Shown here: positions 1 through 9,875 of the stretch, in pieces
Numbering within the stretch: the stretch's first letter is position 1
Layout: the number at the start of each line of letters is the position of its first letter
Origin: Alphaproteobacteria bacterium
Lineage (GTDB): Bacteria; Pseudomonadota; Alphaproteobacteria; SP197
Length of the DNA stretch: 64,000 nt
Reading direction: 5' to 3'
NCBI GenBank assembly: GCA_965228895.1
Contig: OZ245842.1
Coordinates: 4,640,001 to 4,704,000 of the forward strand
The notes under the pieces: generated by a model
The model's database searches: none
What the model saw: the letters and a program-made list of their open reading frames with translations, nothing else
What the model was told of the DNA's origin: nothing
Position numbers and translations under genes: made by a program

Positions 1-330
1 GCGGTCAATGCCGGCTTCTCCGGCGGCGAGAAGAAGCGCATGGAGGTCCTCCAGATGGCGCTCTTGGAACCGTCGCTCGCGATCCTCGACGAGACCGATT
101 CCGGCCTCGATATCGACGCGCTGAAGATCGTCGCCGACGGCGTTAACGCGCTTCGCCGCGCCGATCGCGCCATGCTGGTCATCACCCACTATCAACGCCT
201 GCTCGACTACATCGTGCCCGACCACGTGCACGTGCTGTCGGCCGGGCGCATCATTCGTTCCGGCGACAAGTCGCTGGCGCTCGAGCTCGAAGAAAAGGGT
301 TATGCCGACATTGTGTCGGCAGCGGCCTGA
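1..330 (+). CDS. sufC: Fe-S cluster assembly ATPase SufC (5'-truncated)
   Basis: Frame open from base 1: [12 protein letters not shown] (ABC signature), [14 protein letters not shown] (Walker B/D-loop), ITHYQRLL; directly upstream of sufD. Confidence 0.96.
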   Translation, partial: AVNAGFSGGEKKRMEVLQMALLEPSLAILDETDSGLDIDALKIVADGVNALRRADRAMLVITHYQRLLDYIVPDHVHVLSAGRIIRSGDKSLALELEEKGYADIVSAAA

Positions 331-339
331 GGATCGGCG

Positions 340-1644
340 ATGACCACAAGCGTTCCCTTCATCGAGAACTACGGCGACCTGCGCGCCGGCCTGCCCGGCG
401 CTGATCTGCCGTGGCTCGACGCGTTGCGCGGCACCGGCCTCGATCGTTATGAAGCGCTCGGTCTGCCGACGCCCAAGGTCGAAGACTGGAAGTACACCAA
501 CCTTCGTTCTCTGACGGCACAGAGTTTTTCGCTCGCCTCTGCCGACCGGCCCGTCACCGTCGATGACGTCCCGGCGTTGGACTTCGAGGGCGACATCCAT
601 CGTGTCGCGCTGGTCAACGGCATGGTCAATGCCGAGTTGAGCGGCCTCGACACGCTGCCTGACGGCCTCACCATCTTGCCGCTCGATCAGGCAATCGCCG
701 GGGATCCTGGAATCGTCGAGGCCCATGTCGGCCACGTCGCGGCGCTTGGCCGCAAGCCGTTCGTCGCGCTCAACACCGCCTATCTCGGCACCGGCCTGGT
801 CATACGCGTGTCCGCCGGCACCACGATCGAAGCGCCCATCCACCTCGCCTTCATCGGCGCGGCGGGCGACGACCATCTGGTCTGGCACCCCCGGCTTCTG
901 ATTGTCGTCGAAGACGGCGCCAGCGCGACGCTCGTTGAGACCCATAGCGGCAGCGGCGCCTATTTCTCCAATGGCGTTAGCGAAGTCTGCATCGGCAACG
1001 ATGGCAGCTTGAACCACCTGAAGATCCAGAACGAAGGACCGCAGGCGTTCCACATCGCCGCCATCGAGGCGCGTATCGGTGCGCGTGCGTCCTATGAGAG
1101 CTTCATTCTGTCGACCGGCGCGTCCCTGTCGCGCAACCAGATCGGCGTTCTGTTCGCCGAGGAAGAGGCGCGTTGCCGGATCAACGGCGCTTACCTGATG
1201 CGCGACAACCAGCATGTCGACACGACGAGCATCATCGACCACGCCGTGCCCAACTGCAAAAGTAACCAGGTCTTCAAGGGCGTGTTGGACGACAAGTCGC
1301 GCGCGGTGTTCCAAGGCAAAGTCATTGTCCGCAAGGATGCCCAGCACACCGACGGTCATCAGTTGAACAAGACCTTGCTGCTGTCCGACCGCGCGGAGAT
1401 CGATGCCAAGCCGGAGCTTGAAATCTACGCCGATGACGTGACCTGCGGTCATGGCGCGACGGCCGGCGAGATCGACGAGAACGCCCTCTTTTATCTGCGG
1501 TCGCGCGGCATCGATAAGGAAACGGCGCGCTCGATGCTGATTGATGCCTTCATCGATGAAGCGCTCCAGGAAATCTCCCGCGAGGATCTGCGCGATACGT
1601 TCCGTCATGTCGTCGCAGCGTGGCAAAAAGGCGCGGCATCATGA
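340..1644 (+). CDS. sufD: Fe-S cluster assembly protein SufD
   Basis: EDWKYT, FQGKVIV, KPELEIYADDVTCGHGAT, FYLRSRGI motifs; operon context. Confidence 0.95.
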   Translation: MTTSVPFIENYGDLRAGLPGADLPWLDALRGTGLDRYEALGLPTPKVEDWKYTNLRSLTAQSFSLASADRPVTVDDVPALDFEGDIHRVALVNGMVNAELSGLDTLPDGLTILPLDQAIAGDPGIVEAHVGHVAALGRKPFVALNTAYLGTGLVIRVSAGTTIEAPIHLAFIGAAGDDHLVWHPRLLIVVEDGASATLVETHSGSGAYFSNGVSEVCIGNDGSLNHLKIQNEGPQAFHIAAIEARIGARASYESFILSTGASLSRNQIGVLFAEEEARCRINGAYLMRDNQHVDTTSIIDHAVPNCKSNQVFKGVLDDKSRAVFQGKVIVRKDAQHTDGHQLNKTLLLSDRAEIDAKPELEIYADDVTCGHGATAGEIDENALFYLRSRGIDKETARSMLIDAFIDEALQEISREDLRDTFRHVVAAWQKGAAS

Positions 1645-2897
1645 ACAAGGCTGCCGTTTCGCCCGCCTTGGCCAACGCGCCGCTGGATATCGCGCGGATC
1701 CGCAGCGATTTTCCGATCCTGTCGCGCGAAGTCTACGGCAAGCCGCTGGTGTTTCTGGATAGCGCGGCGAGCGCCCAGAAACCGCAGGTGGTTATCGATG
1801 CGGAACGGCATTGTTATGAAGAGGAGTATGCCAACGTCCACCGCGGCGTTTACTACCTGAGCCAGGCTGCAACGGAGAAGTTCGAGGCGACGCGCACCCG
1901 CGTGCGCGACTTCATCAACGCAGCAAGCGACGACGAGATCGTCTTCACCCGCGGCGGTACCGAAGCGGTCAACCTGGTCGCCGCGAGTTACGCGCGCCAT
2001 CATCTTGAACCCGGCGACGAGATCCTGGTTTCCGAACTGGAGCACCATTCCAACATCGTTCCGTGGCAGCTGGTCGCTGAGGAAAAGGGCCTGGTCATCG
2101 TGCCGATTCCGATCCTGGATGACGGCCAGATCGACATGGCGGCCTATCGCGACGCCCTTGGCCCGCGCAGCAAGATCGTGGCGATTACCCAGATGTCGAA
2201 CGCGCTGGGTATCGTGACGCCGATCCATGAAATCATCCGCCTGGCCCACGGCGCCGGCGCACGCGTGCTGGTCGACGGCTGTCAGGCCATCACCCATAGC
2301 ACCGTCGATGTGCAAGATCTCGACTGCGATTTCTACGTCTTCTCGGGCCACAAGATTTACGGACCGACAGGTGCTGGCGCGCTCTACGCCAAGGCTGAGC
2401 TGCTCGACATGATGGCGCCCTACCAGGGTGGCGGCGAAATGATCGCGCGGGTGTCGCTCGAGAAATCGACGTTCAAGAAAGGTGCGGCGAAGTTCGAGGC
2501 TGGCACGCCGGCGATCGCCCAGGTGATCGCGCTGAAGGCCGCACTCGACTACGTCGCCGATCTCGGCATGGACCGCATCGCCGATCACGAGCACCTGCTG
2601 CTGGAATACGCGACCGATCGGTTGTCGGCGATCGACGGTCTGACGATCTACGGCACCGCGCCGGCCAAGGCGAGCATCGTGTCTTTCACAATGGCCGATA
2701 TCCACCCGCACGATATCGGCACCATCGTCGACCGCGAGGGTGTCGCTGTCAGGGTCGGGCACCATTGCGCCCAGCCGGTGATGCAACGCTACGATATCGC
2801 GGCGACCGTGCGCGCCTCGTTCGGGCTCTACAACACGACTGATGATATCGACCGGCTGGTCGATGCCTTGGGCGTGGTGAAGGAGATGTTCGGCTGA
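1641..2897 (+). CDS. sufS: Cysteine desulfurase SufS
   Basis: LDSAASAQKP, EHHSN, SGHK (PLP lysine), RVGHHCAQP (group II catalytic Cys); ATG overlaps the sufD stop (ATGA). Confidence 0.96.
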   Translation: MNKAAVSPALANAPLDIARIRSDFPILSREVYGKPLVFLDSAASAQKPQVVIDAERHCYEEEYANVHRGVYYLSQAATEKFEATRTRVRDFINAASDDEIVFTRGGTEAVNLVAASYARHHLEPGDEILVSELEHHSNIVPWQLVAEEKGLVIVPIPILDDGQIDMAAYRDALGPRSKIVAITQMSNALGIVTPIHEIIRLAHGAGARVLVDGCQAITHSTVDVQDLDCDFYVFSGHKIYGPTGAGALYAKAELLDMMAPYQGGGEMIARVSLEKSTFKKGAAKFEAGTPAIAQVIALKAALDYVADLGMDRIADHEHLLLEYATDRLSAIDGLTIYGTAPAKASIVSFTMADIHPHDIGTIVDREGVAVRVGHHCAQPVMQRYDIAATVRASFGLYNTTDDIDRLVDALGVVKEMFG

Positions 2898-3358
2898 TGG
2901 ACGAACTGCGCGAACTCTACCAGGAGGTCATCCTGGACCACGGCCGGAACCCCCGGAACTTCGGTCATCCGGCGGCATGCAACCGCCAGGCGGAAGGTGA
3001 CAACCCTTTATGCGGCGACCAACTGACGGTCTACTTGATGGTGGACGACGCCGGCGTTGTCGAGGATGTGGCCTTTGAAGGTCGCGGATGCGCGATTTCC
3101 ATGGCTTCGGCGTCGATGATGACCGAGCTGGTCAAGGGCAAGACCGCGGCGGACGCCGAGGCCTTGTTTGAGAAATTCCATCATCTTGTGACCGATGACA
3201 CGGTCGATCTGAACAGCGCGGCGGAAGATGAGGACCTGGAGAAGCTGGTCGTGCTCTCCGGCGTCCGGCAATTCCCCATGCGGGTCAAGTGTGCCACCTT
3301 GGCCTGGCATACGATGACCGCCGCAATCGAAGGCAAGGCGACGGTGACGACGGAGTGA
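2897..3358 (+). CDS. sufU: SUF-system NifU-family protein SufU
   Basis: LYQEVILDH, NPLCGD, GCAISMAS, RVKCATLAW, with the SufU-type insertion between Cys2 and Cys3. Confidence 0.92.
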   Translation: MDELRELYQEVILDHGRNPRNFGHPAACNRQAEGDNPLCGDQLTVYLMVDDAGVVEDVAFEGRGCAISMASASMMTELVKGKTAADAEALFEKFHHLVTDDTVDLNSAAEDEDLEKLVVLSGVRQFPMRVKCATLAWHTMTAAIEGKATVTTE

Positions 3359-3360
3359 TT

Positions 3361-3837
3361 ATGGACGAGACCCGCACCCAGCCAGGCAGCCCGCTGCCCG
3401 CAACCGACCCGGCGCCTGCGCCGAGTCCGGCGCCGGCGACTGCCACGGACACGGAAACCGTGGGCCAACAGGCCCACGAGAGCTGGAAACCGGACTACGA
3501 GGCCGATCCGACCAAGATCGTGCAGAAAGAAGGCGAGCCGCTGATCAGCGACATCGTCGATGCGATACGCACGGTGTTCGACCCTGAAATTCCTGTGAAC
3601 ATCTACGATCTCGGCCTGATTTATGCCATCGATTCGCGTCAGGATGGCTCGGTAAAGGTCGAGATGACCCTGACGGCGCCGGGTTGTCCGGTGGCCGAGG
3701 AGATACCAATTTGGGTACGCGACGCCATCGCGACCGTTGAAGGCACGACCGACATCGATGTCGAGATTGTCTGGGACCCGCCGTGGGACCCCTCGATGTT
3801 GTCGGAATATGCTAAGATAGAACTTGGGTTGTTCTAG
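3361..3837 (+). CDS. sufT: DUF59/SufT Fe-S assembly factor
   Basis: DPEIPVNIYDLGLIY, MTLTAPGCP, VWDPPW motifs; Pro/Ala-rich N-terminal extension; ATG at 3361. Confidence 0.9.
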   Translation: MDETRTQPGSPLPATDPAPAPSPAPATATDTETVGQQAHESWKPDYEADPTKIVQKEGEPLISDIVDAIRTVFDPEIPVNIYDLGLIYAIDSRQDGSVKVEMTLTAPGCPVAEEIPIWVRDAIATVEGTTDIDVEIVWDPPWDPSMLSEYAKIELGLF

Positions 3838-3862
3838 GCCCTTAAGGAGTGGAACGAGGACC

Positions 3863-4207
3863 ATGTTTGGAAGTCCCGACAGCAAACTCTTTACCTTGAC
3901 CGACAAGGCCGCCGAGCGTGCCAAGATTCTGCTCGCGCAGAACGATCAGGCGATCGGTCTGAAGGTCGGCATCAAAACGGCCGGCTGCAGCGGCTTTTCC
4001 TACACCATGGACTATGCCGAAGAAGCGACCGGCAAGGAGGATGTGGTTGAGGAGAAGGGCATCAAGATCCTGATCGAGCCGACCGCGACCATGTTCCTGA
4101 TCGGCACCGAACTGGACTGGCACGAGGACAAGCTTGAGTCCCGCTTCGTCTTCAACAATCCCAACGCCAAAGGCATGTGCGGCTGCGGCGAATCCTTCAC
4201 GGTTTGA
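3863..4207 (+). CDS. sufA: A-type Fe-S carrier (SufA/IscA, HesB family)
   Basis: GCSG and C-terminal CGCGESF motifs; GAGG RBS before ATG 3863. Confidence 0.92.
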   Translation: MFGSPDSKLFTLTDKAAERAKILLAQNDQAIGLKVGIKTAGCSGFSYTMDYAEEATGKEDVVEEKGIKILIEPTATMFLIGTELDWHEDKLESRFVFNNPNAKGMCGCGESFTV

Positions 4208-4251
4208 TTCAACGACATAACCCCAAGGGCGCGCCTCAGAGGTTCACGCGA

Positions 4252-6210
4252 ATGAACATCAGCCGGTTTGTTTCAGTACTGGCCGTGTTTGTCGGTGTGT
4301 TGGCTGTGACCGAGGCGCACGCGCTGTCGGAAGCCGACCAAGCGCTCTACGCCCAGGCGTTCGAGGAAGTCGAGGAAGGCAACTGGCAGGACGCCTATGG
4401 TCTTGCGGCGCGCGCCAGCGACCAGCGGCTGGCCGAAGTCATCTATTGGCTCGATTTGCAGGACACGGAAACCGAAGAGCCGTTCAGCGAAATCCTCGGC
4501 TTCATGCTCGACCATCCCGATTGGCCGCGGCTGAGGACCCTGCGCGGCATCGCTGAAGAGGCGATGCCCGACGATTTACCGGCAAACGACGTCATCGCCT
4601 ATTTCGGCGCCTACCCGCCGGTCGAAACCGCCGGCATTGTGCGTTACGGCTTGGCCCTGATCCGCAGCGGACAGGATGCTGAGGCGACCGCCCTGGTTCG
4701 CAGTGCCTGGGTCGCGGACGACTTCTCCGCCTCCGAAGAGGCGGACTTCCTGAAGTATTTCAGATCGCGTCTGACCCTGGACGATCACCTGGCGCGGCTG
4801 GACCGGCTGTTGTGGGAAGGCAAGACGTTCTCCGCCAAGCGCATGCTGAACCGGGTCGGCCAGGATCAGGCCGCGCTGGCATTCGCGCGCATCACGCTCA
4901 GATCGGCTGAGCCGGGCGTCGACGGCGCGATCAACCGCGTGCCGGCCGAGCTACGCGATGACCCCGGCCTGATCTTCGAGCGGCTGCGTTGGCGCCGGGT
5001 TAAGGGTTTCGATGACTCGGCCGCCGAACTCCTGATGCCGTCACCGGACGAGTTGGTCTATCCCGATCTTTGGGCGCGGGAGCGCCTGATCCTCGCGCGG
5101 CGCTATCTGGATAACGACGATGCCGCGACGGCCTACCGCCTGCTCGCCGACCACGGCAACACCAACGGCGCCTTCCACCACGAGGTCGATTGGCTTGCCG
5201 GCTGGGTCGCGCTGAGGAAACTCGACGAGCCGGCCGTCGCGCTCGATCACTTCATGACGTTTTATGAAGGCGTCGGCTACCCGATCAGCCGCTCGCGCGG
5301 CGCGTACTGGGCGGGACGTGCCGCCGAAGCCATGGGCGACATGGAGCAGGCACGGGTCTGGTACGATCTGGCCGCCGATCACGGCAACACGTTCTATGGT
5401 CAACTCGGCGCCGAAAAACTGGATGTCGCACCGCGTTTCGCCGAGGTGCCGGAACCCACCGAGGCCGAGGTCAATGCCTTCGCCGCCGATGAATTGGTGA
5501 CTCTGGTGCGCCTGCTGGACGAGGTCGGCGCGCGCGATCAGGTACGCCGTTTCCTGCTGCATATCGGCGACCGCGCGGATTCACCGGCAACGCTGCATCT
5601 GAGCGCCCAGCTTGCCCTGGTGCTGGGTCGTCCCGATCTTGCCGTAAGCATTGCAAAAGCCGGTGTCAGGCGTGGCACCGTGCTGGTTTACGCAGGCTAT
5701 CCGATGATCGACCTGCCCACGGAGTCAACGGTCGATCCGGCGCTGGCGCTTGCGGTCATTCGCCAGGAGAGCTCGTTTGATCCGGGCGCCATCAGTTCCG
5801 CCGGCGCGCGCGGCCTGATGCAGTTGATGCCGGCGACCGCACAAGGCGTTGCCGACGATCTCGGCATCTATCACACGCGCGCCAAGCTCACGAGCGATCC
5901 CCTGCACAACATGCGCCTGGGCACTGCCTATATGGCCGAACTGCTGGACGCTCAGGGCGGCTCCTACGTCCGCGCCATCGCCGCCTACAACGCGGGTCCG
6001 TCGCGGGTTTACCGCTGGATCAACGAGTACGGCGACCCCACCGCACCCGGCACCGACATCGTCGACTGGATCGAGCAGATCCCGTTCAGCGAGACCCGCA
6101 ACTACGTCCAACGCGTGCTCGAAGCTCTCATCGTCTACCGCGTTCTACACGGCGTCCAAACCGCCAGCCTGAACGACTCCCTCACCGGCCACTGCGCCGC
6201 GATGTGCTAG
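4252..6210 (+). CDS. slt: Soluble lytic murein transglycosylase (Slt70-like)
   Basis: Signal peptide, helical N-terminal region, IRQES (catalytic Glu), GLMQLMP, AYNAGP, ETRNYV. Confidence 0.93.
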   Translation: MNISRFVSVLAVFVGVLAVTEAHALSEADQALYAQAFEEVEEGNWQDAYGLAARASDQRLAEVIYWLDLQDTETEEPFSEILGFMLDHPDWPRLRTLRGIAEEAMPDDLPANDVIAYFGAYPPVETAGIVRYGLALIRSGQDAEATALVRSAWVADDFSASEEADFLKYFRSRLTLDDHLARLDRLLWEGKTFSAKRMLNRVGQDQAALAFARITLRSAEPGVDGAINRVPAELRDDPGLIFERLRWRRVKGFDDSAAELLMPSPDELVYPDLWARERLILARRYLDNDDAATAYRLLADHGNTNGAFHHEVDWLAGWVALRKLDEPAVALDHFMTFYEGVGYPISRSRGAYWAGRAAEAMGDMEQARVWYDLAADHGNTFYGQLGAEKLDVAPRFAEVPEPTEAEVNAFAADELVTLVRLLDEVGARDQVRRFLLHIGDRADSPATLHLSAQLALVLGRPDLAVSIAKAGVRRGTVLVYAGYPMIDLPTESTVDPALALAVIRQESSFDPGAISSAGARGLMQLMPATAQGVADDLGIYHTRAKLTSDPLHNMRLGTAYMAELLDAQGGSYVRAIAAYNAGPSRVYRWINEYGDPTAPGTDIVDWIEQIPFSETRNYVQRVLEALIVYRVLHGVQTASLNDSLTGHCAAMC

Positions 6211-6234
6211 AGACAATTGTTGTAAGGCGGTCTG

Positions 6235-6702
6235 TCAGGCACGTTCGATACGACCGGCGTAGCATCCTTGCTTGGCGTTATGGGCGTGGATGTAGGACGT
6301 TCGCGGGTTCTCGAACAGCCGCTCGACGGTCGGCCTGATCTCGTCATCGAACGCAAGATCGGCCTCGACCAACATACCCGTGGCATCGAAGGCGCGCAGC
6401 GATTGCGGATAGGCGCGCATGACCTCCGGCACGTCGTTATCGCCGACAAAGGTCTGCTCAGCGCCTTCCAGGACGTAGATCGCGTGACTTGCCCGGTACG
6501 GTGTGTCGGCAGTTTGGCTGACATGGTTGAGCAGGAGAACCGCCTCGCCCGGCCTGGCGTTGCGCATCTCGATTCGGTCCGTGTAGGCGGTCGCCTCATC
6601 GGCGACATAGCGCCTGACGCCCCGCTTAGCGAGCTCATCGTCGGAGAGGCCATAGAGATGCCGAAACGGATCGGCCGAGAGGCCGATGATACGAAAACCC
6701 AT
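6235..6702 (-). CDS. DUF1203-family protein
   Basis: GEAVLLLNH, PYRASHAIYV, YIHAHNAKQGCYA resemble DUF1203. Confidence 0.75.
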   Translation of the reverse strand: MGFRIIGLSADPFRHLYGLSDDELAKRGVRRYVADEATAYTDRIEMRNARPGEAVLLLNHVSQTADTPYRASHAIYVLEGAEQTFVGDNDVPEVMRAYPQSLRAFDATGMLVEADLAFDDEIRPTVERLFENPRTSYIHAHNAKQGCYAGRIERA

Positions 6703-6792
6703 GATCGTTACTCCGCAAGCAATGGAGCTAACGATCTAGGTCTCCAGCCCCGACGCCTGCCACCCGTTTCTTGCTGCGACAGACGCGGGCGT

Positions 6793-8364
6793 TTACCCGC
6801 CGGCGACGACTTTTGCCCATGGCGACATGATGAAGGCGGCGCCATCGTGGGTGCCGTCGTGATTGTCGCAAACCGCGTTCGGACAGGCATAAAGCGTCGG
6901 ATTCACCGCATACGGCAGATCGACCGTCGCGTGTTCGGCGGCCAGAGCCTGGCGGATCGTCTCGTCGAGCCGAGTGTCGACGGCAATCGCGGCCTCGGCG
7001 CTGACATCAATGCGCGGCTGAGCAAACGCGCGATCGAGTTCCCAGCCGAAGTCGCTGACAAACGAGATCAACTGGAACACAGACGCCATGATGCGCCGGC
7101 CGCCCGAAGCACCAAGGCCCATCAGGCCAGAGCCGTCGGCGCGCGTCACCACGGTCGGCGCCATGTTGCTCAACGGCCGCTTGCCGGGCCCAACGCTGTT
7201 GGGACGGCCCGGTCGCGGATCGAACCACATGATGCCGTTGTTCATCAGGATACCGGTGCCCGGCAGCATCACGCGGCTACCGAAGACCGACAGCAGGGTC
7301 TGGGTCAAAGCGACGATACTGCCGTCACGGTCGATGACGGTGAAATGCGTGGTGCAGCTTTCGCCTGCCTTGTCGTTGTCCCCGAGGGCCGCGAAACGTT
7401 TCTCATAGGCGCCCTCCATGGCCGCCGCATAGGCCAGATAGGCGCTAGCGTCGGGTCCCTCGCCAGGCGTCCAGGACGCTTCCAACCGCTGGAAGCTGTC
7501 GATCAACGTGGGGCCTGCGTTCAACCCGGCGGGCACATTGATGGTGACATCGCGATACTTGCCTTGAACCGCATCACCCGCGCTTGCCTGATAACCGGCG
7601 AGATCCTCGCCTGTCAGGGTGCCGCCCAGGGCCGCCATGTCGCTGGCAATCGATGATGCGATCTCGCCCCGGTAGAAATCCTCAGGACCCGCCTCGGCCA
7701 AACGTTTGAGCGTCGCAAGATAGGCATCGTTCCGCCGTGTCGTCAGATCAGCCGCGTTCAGGCTCAGCGCGGGCAGACCACCGGGCAGGAAAAAGTCGCG
7801 CGAAGCCGCGTATCTCGCGAGGCCCGGCGCTTCAAGCGCGATCCTGAGTGTGGCGTACCAGTCGATCTTCATGCCGCGCTCAGCCAATGCGATCGCCGGA
7901 GTCAGAACGTCCGACCAGCTCATGGTGCCGAACTTTTCGAGCGCCAGGGCATGGCCGGCGACAAGACTGGGCACGCCAATCGAGAGCGGTCCCTGCACGT
8001 TGCAATCGTCGATCACGCGAGGCCAGCCGAACAGGTCGGCGTCGGTGTCCTGGCCGCTGTCGAGCGGATAAGCGGCGGGGTCCAGGCCGCGCGGCGATAC
8101 TGTACCGAAGTCAATGGCGTGGGTTTTCTTGGTCTTGGCGTCGTAAAACACGAGATAACCACACGCGCCCAGATTGCTCATCCACGGTTCGGCGACACCG
8201 ATCGCCATGCCGGTGGCGATCGCCGCGTCGACCGCATTGCCGCCGGCATCAAGTACGGCCGCTCCGATCTCCGAGGCCTCGTGGTGTTGGCTTGCCACCA
8301 ATCCGCCGGCCGAGCGGACGGCCGGTTTGGTGACAGTCCAGGATTCGTGTATCGGCACGGACAT
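6793..8364 (-). CDS. ggt: Gamma-glutamyltransferase family protein
   Basis: GGNAVDAAIA, TTHFTVID (N-terminal nucleophile Thr), PGKRPLSNM, GASGG. Confidence 0.9.
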   Translation of the reverse strand: MSVPIHESWTVTKPAVRSAGGLVASQHHEASEIGAAVLDAGGNAVDAAIATGMAIGVAEPWMSNLGACGYLVFYDAKTKKTHAIDFGTVSPRGLDPAAYPLDSGQDTDADLFGWPRVIDDCNVQGPLSIGVPSLVAGHALALEKFGTMSWSDVLTPAIALAERGMKIDWYATLRIALEAPGLARYAASRDFFLPGGLPALSLNAADLTTRRNDAYLATLKRLAEAGPEDFYRGEIASSIASDMAALGGTLTGEDLAGYQASAGDAVQGKYRDVTINVPAGLNAGPTLIDSFQRLEASWTPGEGPDASAYLAYAAAMEGAYEKRFAALGDNDKAGESCTTHFTVIDRDGSIVALTQTLLSVFGSRVMLPGTGILMNNGIMWFDPRPGRPNSVGPGKRPLSNMAPTVVTRADGSGLMGLGASGGRRIMASVFQLISFVSDFGWELDRAFAQPRIDVSAEAAIAVDTRLDETIRQALAAEHATVDLPYAVNPTLYACPNAVCDNHDGTHDGAAFIMSPWAKVVAGG

Positions 8365-8460
8365 GGCTGGCTCTCCTCAAACGATGTTGCGCGCGAGCCT
8401 ACGTCGGCTAAGCTCCGGCGTCATCCTGCCTCCGCATATCCCGAAGACGGAGTTCCGTAC

Positions 8461-9759
8461 GTGGACCACCCCTTGTTTGCCGACGACATGAAACTTACGC
8501 CCTATTGGTGGGACGATGCGCCGCGTCCCGACGTCCCCAAGAACGCCCTGCCGGATCAGGTCGACGTCGCGATCATCGGCGCCGGCTATACCGGCCTGAC
8601 CGCCGCGCTTGTTCTGGCGCGCGCGGGTCGCAGCGTGCTGGTCTTGGAAAAAGGCGAGATTGGCGTCGGCTGCAGCTCACGCAACGGCGGCCAGATCGGC
8701 TCCGGCGTTAAACCGGGGCTGGACGAACTCACCAAGCGTTATGGCCGCGATGGCGCCGGCGCCATGCTGCGTGAAGGCTACGCCTCGCTCGACTACGTTA
8801 CCGAGTTTGTGAAGGCCGAAGGAATCGACTGCGACTTTCGAACCTGCGGCCGTTTCATCGGCGCCCACCGGGCCAATCGTTACGAGCAAATGGCGCGCAA
8901 TTTCGAATCCGTCAAAAACGTCGTGCCGATCGAATGGGAGATGGTGCCCAAGGCCGAGATGCACAACGAGATTGGCTCAGACGCCTATTTCGGCGGCGCG
9001 ATCATGCCGCATCATGCCGGCCTGCAGCCGGCCAAGTACGTCAACGGGCTCTACGAGCGCGCCGCAGCGGCCGGCGCCCAGATCGAGACGGAGACCCTGG
9101 TCATCGGCATCGACAAGGAGAGCGACGGGTCGTCGGTCGTCACCGACCGGGGCAAGGTCAAGGCCCGCGAGGTCATCGTTGCCACCAATGGTTACACAAC
9201 ACGGCTGACCCCAGGCTTGCAGCGCCGGTTGATCCCGATCGGCAGCTACATGATCGCGACCGAAGAGATTCCCGACGATCTGATGGCGCGCCTGTCACCC
9301 AAAGGCCGGGTCATGAACGACAGCCGCAAAGTCGTCTATTACTTCACCACCTCGCCTGACAGAAAACGCATGGTGTTTGGTGGACGGGTTGCCTTGAAGG
9401 AGACCGACCCAAAGATCAGCGGGCCACGTCTGCACGCGGTCATGACCGGCATCTGGCCGGAACTAAAAGACACCAAGATCAGCCACTCCTGGATGGGCTT
9501 TGTCGCCTACACCTTCGATCACCTGCCCCATATCGGCCAGCGCGACGGCGTCTGGTTCTCGATGGGTTATTGCGGTTCGGGCGTCGCCTGGGCGAGCTAT
9601 CTGGGCCACAAACTGGCGCATAAGGTCCTGGGTACCGAGGAAGGCAAGACGGCCTTTGACGGCATCAGCTTCCCGACCCGCCCGCTCTACACGGGCGATC
9701 CGTGGTTCCTGGGCGTTGCCGTTGCCTATTACCAGGCGCTGGACCGCTGGGGGCCGTGA
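8461..9759 (+). CDS. FAD-dependent amine/amino-acid oxidoreductase (DAO/PuuB-like)
   Basis: GAGYTG dinucleotide-binding motif, SSRNGG, ATNGY, GYCGSGV; start GTG 8461 or ATG 8488. Confidence 0.85.
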   Translation: MDHPLFADDMKLTPYWWDDAPRPDVPKNALPDQVDVAIIGAGYTGLTAALVLARAGRSVLVLEKGEIGVGCSSRNGGQIGSGVKPGLDELTKRYGRDGAGAMLREGYASLDYVTEFVKAEGIDCDFRTCGRFIGAHRANRYEQMARNFESVKNVVPIEWEMVPKAEMHNEIGSDAYFGGAIMPHHAGLQPAKYVNGLYERAAAAGAQIETETLVIGIDKESDGSSVVTDRGKVKAREVIVATNGYTTRLTPGLQRRLIPIGSYMIATEEIPDDLMARLSPKGRVMNDSRKVVYYFTTSPDRKRMVFGGRVALKETDPKISGPRLHAVMTGIWPELKDTKISHSWMGFVAYTFDHLPHIGQRDGVWFSMGYCGSGVAWASYLGHKLAHKVLGTEEGKTAFDGISFPTRPLYTGDPWFLGVAVAYYQALDRWGP

Positions 9760-9786
9760 TCAGCTTCTTGGATTACCGATGCGGCT

Positions 9787-9855
9787 CCGGCCCACTCCCC
9801 CGCCCGGCCACCCATGGCAGCATCCTCGAGGTGGCCGGGCGGGGGAGTGGGCCGG
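9787..9855. repeat. GC-rich palindromic repeat family A, copy 1 (REP-like)
   Basis: Perfect 26-bp inverted repeat CCGGCCCACTCCCCCGCCCGGCCACC around a 17-nt loop CATGGCAGCATCCTCGA; lies between convergent genes. Confidence 0.92.
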
Positions 9856-9875
9856 TGTTGCAGCTACACCAAGAC

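Noticed and set aside
1605-2786. 393-aa ORF antisense to sufS (likewise 10389-12152, 38643-40292, 58887-59963 and others)
   Set aside because: Shadow ORFs expected from high-GC codon bias opposite well-supported genes; no motifs
3385-3455. Short CCGGCG-type repeats in sufT
   Set aside because: They encode a Pro/Ala/Thr low-complexity tail and are not a DNA repeat element
7951-8460. Apparent long N-terminal extensions in the ORF track (also 48423-49337, 53120-53497, 61123-61380)
   Set aside because: They overlap neighbouring real genes; downstream starts with RBS or ATGA coupling fit the family lengths
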